Assembly (NCBI GenBank): GCA_029552125.1
Contig: JAKPEE010000069.1
Coordinates: forward strand, 93,641-157,640
Length of the DNA: 64,000 bases
From: Bacillota bacterium
GTDB lineage: Bacteria > Bacillota > Dethiobacteria > DTU022
Reading direction: 5' to 3'
Made by a program: the position numbers and the translations under genes. Shown one piece after another: positions 59,773-64,000 of the stretch. How positions within the stretch are numbered: the first letter of the stretch is position 1; each line of letters starts with the position of its first letter. The notes beneath the pieces were generated by a model. The model had not been told where the DNA came from. It did not search any database and saw nothing but the letters and a program-made list of their open reading frames with translations.

Positions 59773-59806
59773 CGGCCCGCCTGGCCGTGCCGGCTCCGCG
59801 GGCCGC
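59773..59806. terminator. GC-rich hairpin between the convergent rnj and LPXTG-protein genes; a possible bidirectional terminator.
   Basis: GCGGCCCGC-N16-GCGGGCCGC. The flanking T/A runs are weak. Confidence 0.35.
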
Positions 59807-59833
59807 TGTTATGAAATGATTAAGCCCGGGGCG

Positions 59834-61177
59834 TTAACGGGACAACTTCCGCCGCAGCCCCAGCAGCACGGCGCCGCCGGGGATCAGGCCCAGGGCCAGC
59901 AACTCCCCAAGGGGCAGGGTTCCCCCGGTGCGGGGCAGCTCCTTCTTAGACGGCTTTTGGGGAGGCCCGGGATCGTCAGGTTTCTCTTCGGGTTCGTCCT
60001 CTGAAGCAGTAATGCTGATATCGTCCACGTAGAAGTTAATGGGAAAGCTATCCATTTCATTTTCGTTTATCCAATCATACATTGCTTCAAAATCCAGGGC
60101 TGCTCTAACGGTCAGGGTAAAAGTCTTACCCCTGTACTCAGAGAGGTCGTACTCATGATCCTGCCAGCCATGGCTATGGGAGCAGGCATAGAGGACCTGC
60201 TGATCGTCGATCAAGACTTCCAGCCAGCTATATTCATCACCGTCGAATTCAATGTCTTCAGTTCCCTCCGCGAACTCTACCAGGAAGGCCAGCTGCAGCA
60301 GGGGATCTTCCGCCCAGGCCGGCAGGGTGATCTCCTGGGCAATGGCAGCAATACCGGGGGAAGGATACATTCCCCCGCCGCCATCGCCCATGTGGGCAGC
60401 GTAATTGCCCCCGGAAACCTGGCTTCCCTGCACCGCGGGGAAGAGTCCGCTCTCGATGACGTCCCAGCCGCTGAAGTCGCCGGTTTCAAAACCGCCGTTT
60501 TCGATCAGCTCCACCCCGTCCACCTCAAGGGTGAAGTTGTCCACGTAATAATTTACGGGGTAAAGACCATCTAAAGTCCCGGTTATAATGGTCAAGGTGA
60601 AAGTATCGCCGACACCCTCCTCCAGATCATCCAGATCGTATTGGTAGGTCTGCCACCCACCGCTGTCTGCATCAATAAAGAAGATCTCCTCGCCATTGAT
60701 TAAAACTACTAAATAGTCAAATTCACTATCAGAACCGTCTACTAAGTAATCAAATTCCAGGACAAGCGGCCCTTCGGCTCCGCTGGGGATGGCCACCTCC
60801 TGCTCGATGATCGCTTCCACTGTATAATTGGGGTGCATCCGTTGGTCCCCCATGAGGGCAGCATGGTCGCCGGAATGCACCTCTTCTCCTTGCACTTCAG
60901 GGAGCATATTAATCCCGTCAACACTCCAGCCGCTGAAGTCCCCGGTTTCAAAGCCGCCGTTGACCACATATTCAATCAGCGGCCCCGCCGCCGCCGCGCG
61001 AAGCGGGCTGAACAAACCCGAAACCAGCAGTACGGACAGCAATACCGCCAATCCGGTTAAAAGGGGTGATCTAGAGCCGTAAAGATAGGAGCTTTCATAA
61101 ATTGCACCTCCAAATATGAGTTGTGGTGTATATTTTCTTTTTATAACCCGGATGTCCTTCCTGAAATGGGAGTCCAT
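59834..61177 (-). CDS. LPXTG cell-wall-anchored surface protein with two tandem carbohydrate-binding-module-like (CBM_4_9-type) domains.
   Basis: A hydrophobic signal-like segment (LLTGLAVLLSVLLVSGLFSPLRAAAAG), two repeats beginning NGGFETGDFSGW, and a C-terminal LPRTGG plus hydrophobic stretch plus RRKLSR sortase signal. The start is uncertain. Confidence 0.7.
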   Translation of the reverse strand: MDSHFRKDIRVIKRKYTPQLIFGGAIYESSYLYGSRSPLLTGLAVLLSVLLVSGLFSPLRAAAAGPLIEYVVNGGFETGDFSGWSVDGINMLPEVQGEEVHSGDHAALMGDQRMHPNYTVEAIIEQEVAIPSGAEGPLVLEFDYLVDGSDSEFDYLVVLINGEEIFFIDADSGGWQTYQYDLDDLEEGVGDTFTLTIITGTLDGLYPVNYYVDNFTLEVDGVELIENGGFETGDFSGWDVIESGLFPAVQGSQVSGGNYAAHMGDGGGGMYPSPGIAAIAQEITLPAWAEDPLLQLAFLVEFAEGTEDIEFDGDEYSWLEVLIDDQQVLYACSHSHGWQDHEYDLSEYRGKTFTLTVRAALDFEAMYDWINENEMDSFPINFYVDDISITASEDEPEEKPDDPGPPQKPSKKELPRTGGTLPLGELLALGLIPGGAVLLGLRRKLSR

Positions 61178-61451
61178 TAAAAATTTATCTATTTATTAAC
61201 TCTGGTAAATTCTACTGGTAAAAAATCCAATTAAATTCCCCTCTTAAAAGGAGGTTTCCGGGCCAACCGGGGTACACTGAAAACAGGGGCGCCCTTTGAG
61301 CGCCCGTGATAACCCGGCAAACTTTATCCTTGAGGCAGCCAGCCAGCGCCGCCGGGGCCGGGCAAAGCGGATTGATCGTGGCCGAAGGCTATTGCCGGCC
61401 CTGGTACCGGTATTTTTTAAATAGATAGTTAAAGGGATATTTGCGTATAAT

Positions 61452-61826
61452 TCACAGGTCAAGATCCGGTCCCAGATCGCGGGTGGCGACGAGGTTGGAG
61501 CCGCTGCCGGCGAAGTTTGCGACAATGATCTCGCCGCAGCGCACCGGCGCCCGGACTTTGATACGGCTTAAAGCGGCGGCTGCCTCGCGTACCAGGGTCT
61601 TGGGGATGGGGCCGTCGGTTTTGACGGGCAGTCGCGGCAGCGCCGCTCCGTCCACGGCCACGGTGCCGGTGAGAACGCGCCGCGGATCGGTGTATTCCTG
61701 GAGTGCGTATTCTTCACCGCGCCTGCACTCATGGCCGCTAACCGTTAACCCCGCCTCGCCGGGACTGACGGTCACCGTGCAGCTCAGGGGGCAGTTGATG
61801 CAGGTAAATTCACGCTTTGGATTCAT
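61452..61826 (-). CDS. DUF1667 domain protein; the small subunit of a GlpA/HcnABC-like three-gene oxidoreductase cluster.
   Basis: CINCPLSC...GHECRRGEEYA Cys motif. It overlaps the upstream oxidoreductase gene. Confidence 0.7.
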   Translation of the reverse strand: MNPKREFTCINCPLSCTVTVSPGEAGLTVSGHECRRGEEYALQEYTDPRRVLTGTVAVDGAALPRLPVKTDGPIPKTLVREAAAALSRIKVRAPVRCGEIIVANFAGSGSNLVATRDLGPDLDL

Positions 61827-63099
61827 GAACCGCTTCCCCCTTTAGCGTTACTTCAATGGTATCACCGCCGGCCAGGCCGCTTAAACGGGACGGATCCAGC
61901 GTCAGGCGCAGCATCTCCGGCGGCCTGACCATGCGCTCTTTTTTTTGCGCCAGTACTGTTCCGCGGTGCAGCGCCTGCAGGCGCACCTCCCGCTGCTCCG
62001 CCTGCACCCGGAAATAGAGATCCACGGCCTCGTCCGCGGGCAGGCTCAGGCGCTGCGGCACCACGTAGGCGATGCCTTCGCCGGCCATAACCCGTGCTTC
62101 GCCGCCGGTTTTACGGTTCCGGAGATAGCGCGCCGCGCCACGCCCGGCCCTCTGGGCCGTCAATGTGACATAATCTACCAGATCGTGCACGTGGACAACA
62201 TTCCCGCAGGCAAAAAACCCGGGAACACTGGTAGCCATATCCTGGTCCACTACCGGCCCCCCGGTGGCGGGATCAAGGGGTATCCCGGCCTGCCGGGTAA
62301 GCTCATTTTCAGGGATCAGGCCCACCGAGAGGATCAAGGTGTCGCAGGGGATAAAGCGCTCGGCGCCGCTCTGCGGCCGGCCCTTTTCATCTACGGGGGC
62401 CACGTTGACCCCTTCCAGCCTTTTTTTGCCGTGCAAAAAAGTAACGGTGTGGGAAAGGTAGAGGGGAATGGAAAAATCGTCCAGGCACTGCACCACGTTG
62501 CGGGTCAAGCCTCCGGGGCGGGGTGCGATCTCAAAAACCCCCAGCACCCGGGCTCCCTCCAGGGTCAGGCGCCGGGCCATGATTAAACCGATATCCCCCG
62601 AACCGAGGATCACGATTCGCTCTCCCGGCATAACCCCTTCCATGTTAATCAAGCGCTGCACGGCGCCGGCGGTGTAAACGCCGGCAGGGCGGTACCCCGG
62701 CAGCAGCACCTGGAAGCGGCTGCGCTCGCGGCAGCCCATGGCCAGGATGACCGCTTCAGGCTGCAGGGTTAAAAGTCCTTCCGGGTTTGCCGCGGTGAGC
62801 CGGCGTTCCGGGGAGAGGGAAAGCACCATGGTCCCGGTCAGCAGCTTTATGCCGGGGCGGCGGCGCACCTCGCGGACAAAGCGGTGGGCATATTCCGGAC
62901 CGGTCATGGAAGCCCCGAAGATAAAGTTGCCGAAGCCATCGTGGACGCACTGGTTTAAGATGCCGCCCAACTCCCGGTCCCGCTCCAGGAGAAGGATATT
63001 TTTGCAGCCGGCATCATAGGCCGCAGCAGCCGCGGCCAGGCCCGCAGGCCCGCCCCCGATGACCGCAAGTTCGGGATTTTGCTGTGTATTAATCATCAA
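61810..63099 (-). CDS. NAD(P)/FAD-dependent pyridine nucleotide-disulfide-family oxidoreductase (HcnB/OoxA-like).
   Basis: Two Rossmann motifs (AVIGGGPAGLAAA and IVILGSGDIGL). Confidence 0.75.
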   Translation of the reverse strand: MMINTQQNPELAVIGGGPAGLAAAAAAYDAGCKNILLLERDRELGGILNQCVHDGFGNFIFGASMTGPEYAHRFVREVRRRPGIKLLTGTMVLSLSPERRLTAANPEGLLTLQPEAVILAMGCRERSRFQVLLPGYRPAGVYTAGAVQRLINMEGVMPGERIVILGSGDIGLIMARRLTLEGARVLGVFEIAPRPGGLTRNVVQCLDDFSIPLYLSHTVTFLHGKKRLEGVNVAPVDEKGRPQSGAERFIPCDTLILSVGLIPENELTRQAGIPLDPATGGPVVDQDMATSVPGFFACGNVVHVHDLVDYVTLTAQRAGRGAARYLRNRKTGGEARVMAGEGIAYVVPQRLSLPADEAVDLYFRVQAEQREVRLQALHRGTVLAQKKERMVRPPEMLRLTLDPSRLSGLAGGDTIEVTLKGEAVHESKA

Positions 63100-64000
63100 T
63101 CCACCACTCCTTTTTTTGCGGCGAAGGCTCCTTGGTCCGCCGGCTAAACAGGGGTGAGCCGGGGCCGCTCTTGGTCAGCTTTTCCAGCGGTATGCCCAGC
63201 TCTCTGGCCATAAGCAGCGACACCCGGGGCATGCAGAATCCGCCCTGGCAGCGGCCCATCCCCGCCCGGGTGCGCCTTTTAACCGCATCCAGGGTGCGGG
63301 CCGGCACAGGGCGGTGCAGGGCTTCAATGATCTCCCCTTCAGTCACATGTTCGCAGCGGCAGACGATGCGGCCGTAGCGGGGGTCTTTCCTGATCAGGGC
63401 GGCGCGCTGCGCTTCGTCAAGGTTTTTAAAGTGGGTGATGTCGCGCCGGTACGGGTTAAAGTTTTCTTTTTCTTCCAGTTGCAGCCCTTCCGCGGAGAGG
63501 ATCTCCAGCACCAGTTCAGCGATGGCCGGGGCGGCCACCAGGCCCGGAGATTGAATACCGGCCACGTGGATCAGGGCGCCGAGATGGCGGGAGGGGGCAA
63601 TATGAAAATCCTCGGTATAGGTGGCGGCCCGCACGCCGGCAAAAAAAGTGATCAGGGACTGGCGGGCATTATACCCGGGCAGAAGGGGGTTAAATTTTTC
63701 TATAATACGCTCCAGCCCTTCACGCGATACCGAGGTGTCTTCCCGGTCGGGTACTTCGTAAGCGGTAGGGCCCCATTCCGGGTTGCCATCCACCGTGAGC
63801 ATGGTTCCGCCCCCCTTGGTGAAAGGATCGATCCCCAGCGCCAGTATTCCCGTGGCCATGGCGGCATGATTGGCAGTATTTTCCGCGTCAAAGATGAGCA
63901 GCTCTCCTTTGCGGGGGTGCAGGGTAAATTCCGGGGGGCCGGCCATCTCTGCCACCCGGTCGGCGTAAATCCCGGCGGCATTGATACAGTAGCGGGTTAA
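63089..64000 (-). CDS. FAD-dependent oxidoreductase (GlpA/LhgO/HcnC-like) with a C-terminal BFD-like [2Fe-2S] domain. The N-terminus lies beyond the window end.
   Basis: The frame stays open to position 64000 (...CINAAGIYAD, then the track's GTG). BFD-like CRCEHVTEGEI...GRCQGGFC at the C-terminus. Confidence 0.75.
   Translation of the reverse strand, partial: LTRYCINAAGIYADRVAEMAGPPEFTLHPRKGELLIFDAENTANHAAMATGILALGIDPFTKGGGTMLTVDGNPEWGPTAYEVPDREDTSVSREGLERIIEKFNPLLPGYNARQSLITFFAGVRAATYTEDFHIAPSRHLGALIHVAGIQSPGLVAAPAIAELVLEILSAEGLQLEEKENFNPYRRDITHFKNLDEAQRAALIRKDPRYGRIVCRCEHVTEGEIIEALHRPVPARTLDAVKRRTRAGMGRCQGGFCMPRVSLLMARELGIPLEKLTKSGPGSPLFSRRTKEPSPQKKEWWIDD

Overview
This 64-kb window looks like chromosomal DNA from a high-GC (about 55-60% G+C by eye), spore-forming Firmicute of the Clostridia or Peptococcaceae type. 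The species identity is inference. Nearly all of it is core metabolism and housekeeping on the + strand, with gene order close to Bacillus subtilis. In order the window contains:
- a sigma-54-activated branched-chain amino-acid oxidation operon: leucine dehydrogenase plus a four-gene 2-oxoacid:ferredoxin oxidoreductase whose delta subunit is fused to a GltD-like NAD(P)H oxidoreductase;
- a C4-dicarboxylate cluster: two-subunit class I fumarase, malic enzyme, a soluble SdhB/SdhA-like pair and a family III CoA-transferase;
- nth, a Lon-like protease, trmL and the ytrI-ytrH/dnaE/pfkA/pyk block;
- the rpsB-tsf-pyrH-frr-uppS-cdsA-dxr-rseP-ispG block;
- rimP-nusA-ylxR-infB-rbfA-nrnA-truB-ribF-rpsO-pnp;
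- sporulation-associated genes: two NodB deacetylases, ymxH and dpaAB behind a sigma-K-like promoter, then dapA and RNase J;
- an LPXTG-anchored protein made of two CBM-like repeats;
- an HcnABC/GlpA-DUF1667-like three-gene flavin oxidoreductase cluster that runs off the 3' edge of the window.
No CRISPR array, rRNA, tRNA or transposase was found.
The strongest accessory candidate is a sharply AT-rich island of about 0.8 kb at 26400-27215, between pyk and a thioesterase gene. It carries a single orphan ORF with the motif order of a family-4 Fe-S uracil-DNA-glycosylase but with substituted catalytic motifs. The next most notable is a conserved but functionally uncharacterised pair at 29285-32484: a double-DUF2229 protein and a BadF/BcrA-type activase, with a divergently oriented DUF1015 gene. 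Other points worth a second look:
- nusA has a conserved N-terminus that is not covered by any canonical start codon;
- nth looks leaderless;
- an unannotated 57-aa ORF sits at 14030-14203;
- a 226-bp structured spacer splits the fumarase alpha and beta genes;
- a well-placed RBS+ATG lies out of frame at the start of the LPXTG gene.
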